A stretch of 64,000 nucleotides of DNA from a bacterium (GTDB taxonomy: Bacteria > Patescibacteriota > Minisyncoccia > Phycocordibacterales > UBA2100). Both the position numbers and the translations under genes were made by a program. The DNA lies in the NCBI GenBank assembly GCA_030647655.1, contig JAUSJH010000003.1:11013-75012 (forward strand). The letters run 5' to 3'. Shown piece after piece: positions 19,841-28,267 of this stretch; the stretch's first letter is position 1, and each line of letters starts with the position of its first letter. Below the pieces are notes generated by a model. The model searched no databases and was not told the DNA's origin. It saw only the letters and a list, made by a program, of their open reading frames with translations.

Positions 19841-19972
19841 ATCTCCCCGTATGGGGAGATATTCGTCAGAAGTATCATCCCTTTTGGGGCCGGATGGAGC
19901 ACCTTATCCTTCCGAACAGGTTGCTGGCGAGTCATAAAGCCGGAACTTTCGTCGCACTCTTGATACGTATGG
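19841..19972 (-). promoter_or_regulatory. Probable SAM-I (S-box) riboswitch aptamer plus intrinsic terminator in the metK leader.
   Basis: Minus-strand leader contains UAUCAAGAG, AUGA, CAGCAACC and AAGGUGCU..AUCC blocks in S-box order. The P1 halves (ACGUAUC...GAUAC) are separated by about 100 nt. A hairpin AUCUCCCCAUACGGGGAGAU plus U-tract ends 20 nt before the AUG. Confidence 0.55.
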
Positions 19973-20069
19973 GGGATGTGCGCGCATTCTAGCAGGGTCA
20001 TTTCCTTCGTGCAATACTGTGTCGCCGCGCTACAATTGACGATTGCGCGGCATGATTTCGCAAAATCAC

Positions 20070-20642
20070 ATGCAAAAAATTATCCTTGCCTCTGTATCGC
20101 CGTGGCGCAAGAAGATATTGTCGACCACCGGCATACCATTCAGCGTGGAGGAAAGCGGGTACAGGGAAAACATGAAACTGAAACTCGCGCCGCGCGTACT
20201 CGCGGGCAGGCTCGCGCTCGGGAAAGCTCAAATGGCTGCAGCACGGTACAAGGATGCGCTTGTTATCGGAGCGGATACATTCGCGGTATTTCGCGGCAAA
20301 CTTTTGGGCAAGCCGAATACTCCGAAGCGTTCCACAGAGATGCTTACGATGTTGAGCGGCAAGACACACACGCTCCTCACCGGATTTGCCATCGTAGATT
20401 CAAAGACTGGCAGACATGTCTCGAAAGCGATCGGGACGCGCGTAACCCTCAGGAGATTATCTGTGCGCGAAATTTCTGAATACGTGGCAACGGGAGAGCC
20501 GCTTAAGGCGGCTGGCGCCTATGCCATTCAAGGGCACGGACGGAAGTTGATACAGAAGCTCGTGGGGGACCCGAACAATGTCGCGGGATTCCCACTTACG
20601 GCAGTTCTGCAAGAGCTAGCAAAATTCGGCGTGGGGGTATAA
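20070..20642 (+). CDS. maf: Maf-like nucleoside triphosphate pyrophosphatase.
   Basis: IILASVSPWRKKIL N-terminus, conserved Maf core. Start at internal ATG (MQKII). Confidence 0.8.
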   Translation: MQKIILASVSPWRKKILSTTGIPFSVEESGYRENMKLKLAPRVLAGRLALGKAQMAAARYKDALVIGADTFAVFRGKLLGKPNTPKRSTEMLTMLSGKTHTLLTGFAIVDSKTGRHVSKAIGTRVTLRRLSVREISEYVATGEPLKAAGAYAIQGHGRKLIQKLVGDPNNVAGFPLTAVLQELAKFGVGV

Positions 20643-20654
20643 AGTTTCCCAATC

Positions 20655-21614
20655 ATGGCTCACAAGCTTAAGAAGGTCGTACGCATTGGAGGGGGCAGTG
20701 GCGGTTATACGCTTTTGCGCGGGCTCAAGGCATTTCCACTCGATATCACCGCGGTCTTTACCTCATTCGATTCGGGGGGTTCCGCCGGCGTTTTGCGCGA
20801 TGAATTCGGTATTCTTCCACCTGGCGACGTTCGCCGCGGCCTCTTGGCACTTGCCGATGAGGGACAAGCGGGAATATTACGTGAACTTTTTAATTATCGC
20901 TTTCAGAATGGCAGCAGTTCTCTACACGGACATAGTTTTGGCAATCTATTTCTCGCCGCGCTCGCGAACATCTACGGCGGTGAAATCGAAGGAATCCGTA
21001 AAGCATCCGAACTTCTCAATATAAAAGGTACGGTCTTGCCGGTCTCACTCGACAAATCGCACGTCCACGCGATACTCGAAGATGGCACCGAGATCGTTGG
21101 GGAGACGAATATCGACATCCCGAAACACAATGGCAGCCTTCGCATTAAAAAGATATTTCTCGATCCGCCGGCGCATATCTACAATGAGACCGACAAGGCC
21201 ATTCGCGAGGCGGACACAATCGTGATCGGCCCAGGGGATCTCTACTCATCGCTCGTCCCGACTCTTTGTGTCGATGGCATGAAAGAGGCATTTCGAAAGA
21301 GCAAGGGAAAAAAGATCGCTATTTGCAATTTGATGACCAAATGGGGAGAGACGCATGATTTTGCATGTTCAGACATGATAAAAGAGCTTTTGGAGTATAG
21401 TGGCCTAAAAAAGTTCGATTACGTTATCTGCAATACGCAGACCATGAGCCCAAAACTCGCTGCCGCATACGAACAGGAAAAGAAATTCCCTATGAAATGT
21501 GACGAGTCGCTCGACCAATTCGCAAAGCACGTGATTACGGGGGATTTCTTCTCCGAGGCTGATATTGCGCGCCACGATTCCGAGAAAATCGCTCGAATTA
21601 TCTCGGACCTTTAG
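20655..21614 (+). CDS. YvcK / CofD-like (UPF0052) gluconeogenesis-factor family protein.
   Basis: RIGGGSGGYTLLRGLK, FDSGGSAGVLRDEFGILPPGDVR and LADEGQ motifs. Confidence 0.85.
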   Translation: MAHKLKKVVRIGGGSGGYTLLRGLKAFPLDITAVFTSFDSGGSAGVLRDEFGILPPGDVRRGLLALADEGQAGILRELFNYRFQNGSSSLHGHSFGNLFLAALANIYGGEIEGIRKASELLNIKGTVLPVSLDKSHVHAILEDGTEIVGETNIDIPKHNGSLRIKKIFLDPPAHIYNETDKAIREADTIVIGPGDLYSSLVPTLCVDGMKEAFRKSKGKKIAICNLMTKWGETHDFACSDMIKELLEYSGLKKFDYVICNTQTMSPKLAAAYEQEKKFPMKCDESLDQFAKHVITGDFFSEADIARHDSEKIARIISDL

Positions 21615-21654
21615 TCCCATTGTTTGATGTGCGGAAACGCCCTATACTAGCGGC

Positions 21655-22119
21655 ATGAACACGCGCGCATGGTGGGGAATTATCAGCATTCTTTTCATTA
21701 TCATCGTTGTTTTGACGTGGGTTCTTTTCGGAACGCCCGCACCGGTCGAGGCACCAACGGTTTCGACAAGTTCACCGCAAGCTACCTCGGACCCGCTCTC
21801 GAAGAGCGTGACCGTCACGTCGCCGAAAGCAAATGCGGCAGTAGAAAAGAAGTTCATCGTCGCTGGTTCTGCGCCGGGGACTTGGTTCTTTGAAGCATCA
21901 TTCCCCGTACAAGTGCGCGACAAGGACAACAATAAGATTGGGCAGGGAGTGGCGCAGGCGCAAGGGGATTGGATGACAACCGACCTTGTCACATTCACGA
22001 CAACCATCACACTTTCCGGAAATTACACCGGACCCGCAACTCTGGTCTTACTTCGCGACAATCCATCAGGACTTCCGGAAAATGATGACTCTGTCTCTAT
22101 TCCGATAACGATACAGTAG
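21655..22119 (+). CDS. Secreted protein with Ig-like (Gmad2-like) domain.
   Basis: Signal/TM at N-terminus. C-terminal 100 aa with Gmad2-like pattern (FIVAGSAPGTWFFEASFPVQVRD...LVLLRDNPSG). Confidence 0.4.
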   Translation: MNTRAWWGIISILFIIIVVLTWVLFGTPAPVEAPTVSTSSPQATSDPLSKSVTVTSPKANAAVEKKFIVAGSAPGTWFFEASFPVQVRDKDNNKIGQGVAQAQGDWMTTDLVTFTTTITLSGNYTGPATLVLLRDNPSGLPENDDSVSIPITIQ

Positions 22120-22143
22120 TGGGTCGCTCGACGGACATTGTCT

Positions 22144-22218
22144 TTTTCCGTCGCTATCTGCGCGTGCTCGCACAGCGCTCGGTCTCGGCCCCGACGGACC
22201 TGCGAAGCCGGAAAAAGA
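22144..22218 (+). repeat. Copy 1 of a 75-nt structured intergenic repeat (second copy at 51172-51246).
   Basis: Shared core CCGTCGCTATCTGCG...CAGCGCTCGGTCTCGGCCCCGNCGGNCCTGCGAAGCCGG, flanked by an 8-bp outer stem that differs between copies with compensatory changes. Confidence 0.5.
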
Positions 22219-22252
22219 CAATACCCGCACTCGCTGTGATAGCATAGGCCCA

Positions 22253-22915
22253 ATGCAAAAATTCGGAGAAAGACAGAAACGAGCGCGTAGGCTTGTCGCG
22301 TACCTCAAAAAAGCGTATCCCAACCCTAAAACAGAACTCCACTATAAAACACCATTTCAGCTTGTCGTTGCGGTCGTGATGTCGGCGCAATGTACGGACA
22401 AGATTGTGAATCGTGTTACGGAAAAGCTTTTTAGAAAATACAAAAAACCCTCCTGTTTTGCAAATGCAAAGCCGCAGGTATTTGAACGCGAAATATCTTC
22501 AATCCCGTTCTTTAGGAACAAAGCGAAGCACATTATAGCGGCCGCGAAAATCATCTCCGGTGACTTTCGCGGCCGCGTGCCGCACACGGCGAAAGAACTC
22601 CAAACACTTCCCGGCGTCGGATACAAGACCGCGCACGTGATTTTGGGTGAACTATATGACACGTGGGAAGGTATACCGACCGACACGCATGTGAAGCGAT
22701 TTGCTAAGCGTTTTGATCTGACGGACGAGAATGACCTCACCAAAATATCAAAGGATTTGGAGGCGCTAATTCCGAAAAAAGATTGGAAATACGTCAACAA
22801 CGGCCTCGTTCTCCACGGCCGCTATGTCTGCCCCGCCCACCCGCATGATTGCCTCGCGCATCCGCTCACCAAACTCTGGCCCCTGGCCGCAAAGCGCTGG
22901 CCCAAAACCCGCTAG
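22253..22915 (+). CDS. nth: Endonuclease III family HhH-GPD DNA glycosylase.
   Basis: HhH-GPD motif LPGVGYKTAHVILGE...D. The C-terminus has only two Cys (CPAHPHDC), not the four-Cys Fe-S loop. Confidence 0.8.
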   Translation: MQKFGERQKRARRLVAYLKKAYPNPKTELHYKTPFQLVVAVVMSAQCTDKIVNRVTEKLFRKYKKPSCFANAKPQVFEREISSIPFFRNKAKHIIAAAKIISGDFRGRVPHTAKELQTLPGVGYKTAHVILGELYDTWEGIPTDTHVKRFAKRFDLTDENDLTKISKDLEALIPKKDWKYVNNGLVLHGRYVCPAHPHDCLAHPLTKLWPLAAKRWPKTR

Positions 22916-25113
22916 AGTCCGCGGCGAATCCTACGTGTCGTTTCGACAATGTAATTGAGTTGGTATTTTGCGGTCAGCGGTTTGTCTTGTGCATGCAGGT
23001 ATTCTTCCGCGAAACCGCCAAAACCTTTCTTGAAAAGCGAAAGGCCAGCCCACGGATGCCGAGGTCGGTCATCGGGTGAGATACCCCAGAAATTATAGAG
23101 CGTGCAACCGCGACGTTTCGCTTCCTGTATCACGCGCCACTGTAGAAGATACGAGGCGTTGATGTCCGCAAATTTCTGGAGCGAGCCGCTGTGGTGATAG
23201 AAGGCCTGCCCGTTGTAAAAAATCATGATGGCCGACGTGATGAGCTCGCCCTTGTATGAGCCGAAGAAAAATGTTGCCTCGTTGTTCGCGGCGAACAACT
23301 CGAATTCTTTTCGGAGGTCTTTTTTGCCGAATGCCGTGAAGTGCTGACGCTTGACGGTCTCCTGATAGATGGGCCAGAATTTCTCGATATCCTCCGGATT
23401 GGTGCTTTGTGTGATCTCCACCCCCTCCTTCTCCATCTTTTTGATAAGGTATCGCGTCGTCTTGCGCATCTCTTTGAGGAGAGTTTCTTCGGGCTTCGTG
23501 ATATCGAGCATCCACGATAGTTCCGGATGCATGTGAATGGGCGCGTTGCGGAATCCGAGTTCGTGGTACAGCAGCTTGTTTTCAGGCGAGGGTTTTGCGA
23601 GCGGACAGAAACGGATGAAATCGCATTCTTCGACACGCGCAATACGTGTGGCCTCCCGCGCGATGTGCCGGAGAAGACTCTCCTCGTTTTCGGTTGTACT
23701 TATTGCGGGGCCATGCGGACACAAAAGAAATGAACCGCGGCGGGCATCTATTTTTATGAAAAGCGCCACGGCAACAACATCCTCACCTTTACGCATCGCG
23801 ATGCGGAATATCTTTGACCCCCCTTGCTCATACTGTTCTCCCCAGACCCACGATTGCAAAAAACTGTGCGGCTTTTGTTTTACGAGGAATTTCTCCCATG
23901 CATCTTTATCGGCCGACGTTATCGTGTACGGCGCATCCACATCGGCTTTCAGCCATTCGTTAAGGCTTTGCGCAATAATACGTGCCTGTCCGGCGGACAC
24001 ATTGATATGTGTCGAAAGATTCACGATGCGATTCGAAATATCTTCCGCATGCGGACACTCATTTTTGTAATTCGTATGGTGCAGATATTTCTTGGGCGCC
24101 ACTGGCGCGTCGTACCAAGTGTCCGAGACATACACATATGCTTCTCTGAAATGCTCAATAAGGCGGTCTCTGCCTTGCACGAGAATAGGGAACCGGAGGT
24201 TGGCGGCGTTTTTTAAATCGTAGGTCAGCCGGATGTCTTTATTGAGTTCTCGCGCGTATACCTCGGCGATTTCGCGCCTGTGTGCGGCGGTTTTTTCCAA
24301 TGCCCCATACTGTCGTAGGATATTCGCGCAATACCATCCGGGTAGCACATGGGCTCCACTGCCATTGTTGCTGAATGGTGTCGAAAGAATCCCTAGCGTG
24401 CGCCACATTTGATGGAGAAATTTTCCGATACCCAAGGGATAAAAAGCCCTGATTTTCCAAGTAAGTCTCGGATAGAAGCGATCTTTTAATTGTTTCCCGA
24501 AGGGGATTTTCTTCGTTGGTGGAGAAATTGTCTTGTATTTCTCATTGCGGACGATGAGCGCGCCACCGGAGACTGCATCTACGACTTTGTCTTGGCTGAA
24601 TGAAAGGACCACAAAATCTCCGACAGTCCCAGCTTCACGTCCGTCCGCATAACGCGCGCCGATTGAGTGCGCCAAGTCTTCAATCAGGATAATTCCATGT
24701 TCTTTACAGAAAGCGGCGATAGGTTCGATATCACATGGAATACCAAGCGTATTTTGCACAACGACGGCTTTGATAGAGGAGTTTGAGTCGACTGCAGTAC
24801 GGAACGTTTCGTACGAAAAATCGAGAGAGTTTTCTGCGATGTCGAGATAGTGGACCGAGTGACCGCTTTCTGCTATCGCCTCATAGACAGCAAGACACGT
24901 GAATCCATTCATTGCGACCGCACCTTCGGGGAGCGCCTTAACGGCGAGCGATAGCGCTTCGCGGCCTTTGTAGGTGAGGATTGCGCGCCCTCCGTAGCGC
25001 GTCTCAAGGTATTCTGTCAATTTTCTCTGCGTCTCTTTTCCACCATATGAAAACAATATCTGCCACCCAGAGAGAAACGTGTAGTTCGAACCAAGAGAAT
25101 TGAAGACGTTCAT
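22912..25113 (-). CDS. Bifunctional fusion: N-terminal DegT/DnrJ/EryC1/StrS-type PLP-dependent aminotransferase, C-terminal FemAB-family aminoacyl-tRNA-dependent transferase.
   Basis: N-half has the DegT-like lysine motif SFSQDKVVDAVSGGAL and the ...IEDLAHSIGA region. C-half has the FemAB-like FLQSWVWGEQY start and the characteristic central helical segment (LLKEMRKTTRYLIKKMEKEGVEI). Single 733-aa ORF with ATG. Confidence 0.6.
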   Translation of the reverse strand: MNVFNSLGSNYTFLSGWQILFSYGGKETQRKLTEYLETRYGGRAILTYKGREALSLAVKALPEGAVAMNGFTCLAVYEAIAESGHSVHYLDIAENSLDFSYETFRTAVDSNSSIKAVVVQNTLGIPCDIEPIAAFCKEHGIILIEDLAHSIGARYADGREAGTVGDFVVLSFSQDKVVDAVSGGALIVRNEKYKTISPPTKKIPFGKQLKDRFYPRLTWKIRAFYPLGIGKFLHQMWRTLGILSTPFSNNGSGAHVLPGWYCANILRQYGALEKTAAHRREIAEVYARELNKDIRLTYDLKNAANLRFPILVQGRDRLIEHFREAYVYVSDTWYDAPVAPKKYLHHTNYKNECPHAEDISNRIVNLSTHINVSAGQARIIAQSLNEWLKADVDAPYTITSADKDAWEKFLVKQKPHSFLQSWVWGEQYEQGGSKIFRIAMRKGEDVVAVALFIKIDARRGSFLLCPHGPAISTTENEESLLRHIAREATRIARVEECDFIRFCPLAKPSPENKLLYHELGFRNAPIHMHPELSWMLDITKPEETLLKEMRKTTRYLIKKMEKEGVEITQSTNPEDIEKFWPIYQETVKRQHFTAFGKKDLRKEFELFAANNEATFFFGSYKGELITSAIMIFYNGQAFYHHSGSLQKFADINASYLLQWRVIQEAKRRGCTLYNFWGISPDDRPRHPWAGLSLFKKGFGGFAEEYLHAQDKPLTAKYQLNYIVETTRRIRRGL

Positions 25114-25838
25114 GCTTGTTTTCTGCCGGAGGCGGATACTCCACCGTAGGACAGTTCCTCCATAATGAGATCAGCAAGTTCGCGCGTATGGGTAATATGC
25201 GGCGAGTGGCGAGCCCCTTGTATAACGACCATGCGTGAGCCGCGTATCCCTTTGTGTATCAATTCTCCGTCCGCAAGTGGTGTCGTCGCATCGTTTTCAC
25301 CCCAGATGATGAGGGTGGGACAGTGTATGTTATCCAATACGAGCGAAAGGTCGACGGAAAGAAGATTTGACATCGTTTTTCGCATTTCAGGCGTCGCGCT
25401 CCCATAATCGCTTGCGCGGATCGCTTTGCGGAAAATACTGCGTAAACGTTCGAAACGAATAAGGCGTCCAAGCAGCTCCGCGGATTTCCTGAACGCGTCA
25501 CGTTTCAATTTGCGCAAGCCGCGCGGAGGAATACCGGCACTGTCTTCGAGAATAAGCCGCACGACTTTTTCCGGGTGTTTCGCGGCAAAGGCGAGCGAAA
25601 CGCGGCCACCGTGGGAGTGTCCATAGAGAATGATTTTTTCGTAAGCGGCAGTTTTTTCTTCCAGCCAGTTCACATAGTCATTCAGCGTCCACACCGGATT
25701 CGTGCCGTCCGTGAGGCCGGGAATGAGAAGAAATTCGAAATCAACTCCACGTTCTGTGAGCAAATCAAGAAGTGGCTGCCACGTCTCAGTCTGATATGTC
25801 CAGCCATGAAGGATAAAAATCTTAGTCATAGTCCCCAT
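25110..25838 (-). CDS. Alpha/beta-hydrolase fold protein.
   Basis: GHSHGG nucleophile elbow, His near C-terminus. 4-nt overlap with the downstream fusion gene and overlap with the upstream Mur ligase (operon). Confidence 0.65.
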   Translation of the reverse strand: MGTMTKIFILHGWTYQTETWQPLLDLLTERGVDFEFLLIPGLTDGTNPVWTLNDYVNWLEEKTAAYEKIILYGHSHGGRVSLAFAAKHPEKVVRLILEDSAGIPPRGLRKLKRDAFRKSAELLGRLIRFERLRSIFRKAIRASDYGSATPEMRKTMSNLLSVDLSLVLDNIHCPTLIIWGENDATTPLADGELIHKGIRGSRMVVIQGARHSPHITHTRELADLIMEELSYGGVSASGRKQA

Positions 25839-27085
25839 TGTGCTCGGCGCTTCTGCCACACCGCTTCGCGGCGGCACAATTTTGCGACATCTCTTTTGTC
25901 CAAGAGTAGATGTTCAATAATACCTTCCAAAAAGCGTGCGCCCTTGAATACAAGCGTTTCTCGGCCGTTAAGAGATGACTGCAAATACTGGAGTGCATCC
26001 TTCGGGTTGATGAACGAAATGACGTCCTTCGATTGTTTGAGAAGCGGGAGCGTGTGTGCAGCGAGTCGCGGCCCGACGAGTATGAGCTTTTGAAAGCCGC
26101 TACCCTGCAGAAGTCGCGCAAGCTTTTCATGCTCTTCTTTTTCGAGACCACCTTGCTCGGTAAGATCGCCGAGGATGAGCCATTTGGAAGTGCCGGGCAA
26201 CCCTTCTGACATACCGATAATGACTCTCACTGAATCGGCATTCGTGTTGTAGCTTCCGTCGATGATGGTTGTGTCGCGTATGCCTCTGAATATCGAGCTT
26301 CTACCGGGGGGCAAAGTGAACGCCGAAAAATCAATCGTTGGCCGTATGCCTAAGTACTCGGCGATTTTGACCGAAGCCGCAATTGCGTAAAATGTTTCTT
26401 TTGGGAGCAAAAAGGGAATTCGGTATGTTGCTCCGCGTATTTTGAAAACAGTCCCATCGTTGCGGACTTCGTAGCCCTCGAGCTCCGTCTCTTTGACCTC
26501 GTGCACTTTAGCCTTCGTGCGGCGCATCTGTTTCATTATGAGCGGATTATCGGCGTTCATGATAACGAGCGAAGACGCACACCCCGTGAAATATCCGAAC
26601 TCATGTGAGATGGCTTCGTCCACGCTCGCAAACTTTCCGGCTCGTACGGATTTTTCGAAATTCTGGCTGTGCGTTCTCGCGGAGCTTAACCACACAACCA
26701 CTTCTGGGCGCAAGAGCGAGCTAAGAAATTGCCCCTCTCTCGGCCGGTCGCAATCCGCTTCCACGATGTATATTTTCTCTGCATATGGTTTTCTCCATGC
26801 AGAGATCGGCGCGAGGAGAAAAAGCCGTGTCCATTCGAGAGGCGAATAGGTGAGGCGTTTGAGGCCCAAGATATCGAACGGGATGCCGAATGAGCTATTG
26901 GCGCCGTGCGAGTATTTAGCGGTTTTGCCAAGCTGTGCTTCGACGAGGTGCAGGGCCGTGGTTTTACCGTTGGACCCAGTGATAACGACGATGCGCGGTT
27001 TCCAGCGTGCAAGGCGGATTGCCGCGAAGAGCCTGAAGTACCAGGCAACGAGGAAATACAGTCTATTTTTTATGCTACGCACCAT
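25826..27085 (-). CDS. Mur ligase family protein (MurF-like).
   Basis: P-loop VITGSNGKTT. C-terminal IIDGSYNTNADS matches the Mur-ligase DxSYNxN motif. 419 aa. Confidence 0.7.
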   Translation of the reverse strand: MVRSIKNRLYFLVAWYFRLFAAIRLARWKPRIVVITGSNGKTTALHLVEAQLGKTAKYSHGANSSFGIPFDILGLKRLTYSPLEWTRLFLLAPISAWRKPYAEKIYIVEADCDRPREGQFLSSLLRPEVVVWLSSARTHSQNFEKSVRAGKFASVDEAISHEFGYFTGCASSLVIMNADNPLIMKQMRRTKAKVHEVKETELEGYEVRNDGTVFKIRGATYRIPFLLPKETFYAIAASVKIAEYLGIRPTIDFSAFTLPPGRSSIFRGIRDTTIIDGSYNTNADSVRVIIGMSEGLPGTSKWLILGDLTEQGGLEKEEHEKLARLLQGSGFQKLILVGPRLAAHTLPLLKQSKDVISFINPKDALQYLQSSLNGRETLVFKGARFLEGIIEHLLLDKRDVAKLCRREAVWQKRRAQWGL

Positions 27086-27176
27086 TAGGCCAAGAATACT
27101 AGATTCGGCGGCATTTGGATACTCGATTCAACAGAATCGCCTACTGGGTTGCTGCCTTTCTGCGTGGCGGTAGTAT

Positions 27177-27875
27177 GTGCGAATGAGTGAAAAGCGCAAG
27201 GTGGCGATATTCGATGTAGACGGAACCATTTTCCGCTCCAGCCTCCTCATACAAGTCGTGAATCGGCTTATTGAGAAAGATGTGTTCCCGGCCTCGACGC
27301 GACGGGTATACGAGCGCGAGTATGAACGCTGGCTTAATCGCGAGGGGGATTATGAGGAATACATCGGCGCGGTGGTGAAAGCGTTCGTCAGGCACCTCAA
27401 AGGTGTACATTACAGCGCCCTGGCGGATGCGGCCGAGGAGATCGTCGCCGAACAGCGGAAGCGCGTGTATCGCTATACGCGTGATCTTCTGAAGGACCTC
27501 AAGAAACGCGGATATTTCTTGCTCGCGGTGTCGCACTCGCCGAAGACCGTTCTCGACAAATTCTGCCCGAGGCTGGGATTCGATAAGACCTACGGCATGA
27601 TATACGAGATCGGCCCGACGGAATGTTTTACGGGGAATGTAATAGAAGAACATCTTATTCTCAACAAATCTGCCATAGTGCGCCGCGCAATGGAAAAAGA
27701 GAATCTCACACTCACACACTCAATTGGCGTGGGGGACACAGAGACGGACATTCCATTTCTCGAGATGGTCGCTAAACCTATCTGCTTCAATCCAAATGCG
27801 AAATTGTATCGATACGCGAAGCGGATGAAGTGGGACGTTGTTGTAGAGCGAAAAGACGTCGTCTATGAACTCTAG
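27177..27875 (+). CDS. HAD-superfamily subfamily IB hydrolase (phosphoserine-phosphatase-like).
   Basis: VAIFDVDGTIF motif I, GVGDTETDIPFL motif III. Confidence 0.65.
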   Translation: MRMSEKRKVAIFDVDGTIFRSSLLIQVVNRLIEKDVFPASTRRVYEREYERWLNREGDYEEYIGAVVKAFVRHLKGVHYSALADAAEEIVAEQRKRVYRYTRDLLKDLKKRGYFLLAVSHSPKTVLDKFCPRLGFDKTYGMIYEIGPTECFTGNVIEEHLILNKSAIVRRAMEKENLTLTHSIGVGDTETDIPFLEMVAKPICFNPNAKLYRYAKRMKWDVVVERKDVVYEL

Positions 27876-27994
27876 TCAACTCTGTCAAAGAACTATGTTC
27901 TAATTCGCGCGAATAAGCATATAGTTGGAAAAGCGCTCGCAAGGCTCGCGCGCGATAGACTTATCGTGAAAGAAAAAGGAAAGTGGCGGATTGC

Positions 27995-28255
27995 TTAACG
28001 AGCCCAAGCCAAAGCGTATGCAATGAAGATAATTCCCGCTAGAGTGATAAAGAGAATGTTGAATTTTATGTCTGTCTCTTCTTTCCAAACAGACATTTTT
28101 AACATCGTCTTACTAATCAAATCATCATGTCCTCCAAACAACTGTTGATTTATCTTATTAACGGATCGACTGTAGTATCTATTCATTTTTTTCGCGAGTT
28201 CTCGACGCCATAAAATTAAGCCTATTCCCAACATCAAGAATACAAATGAGAGCAT
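27995..28255 (-). CDS. Small two-TM membrane protein, hypothetical.
   Basis: 86-aa ORF with two hydrophobic helices. Confidence 0.3.
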   Translation of the reverse strand: MLSFVFLMLGIGLILWRRELAKKMNRYYSRSVNKINQQLFGGHDDLISKTMLKMSVWKEETDIKFNILFITLAGIIFIAYALAWAR

Positions 28256-28267
28256 AACAGCAGAAAT

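Noticed and set aside
22023-22323. Minus-strand ORFs 22023-22253 and 22066-22323, and likewise 50888-51256, which share the peptide AGFAGP(T/S)GPRPSA.
   Set aside because: The similarity arises from translating the two copies of the 75-nt intergenic repeat. The nucleotide-level covariation pattern indicates a structured element, not a conserved protein.
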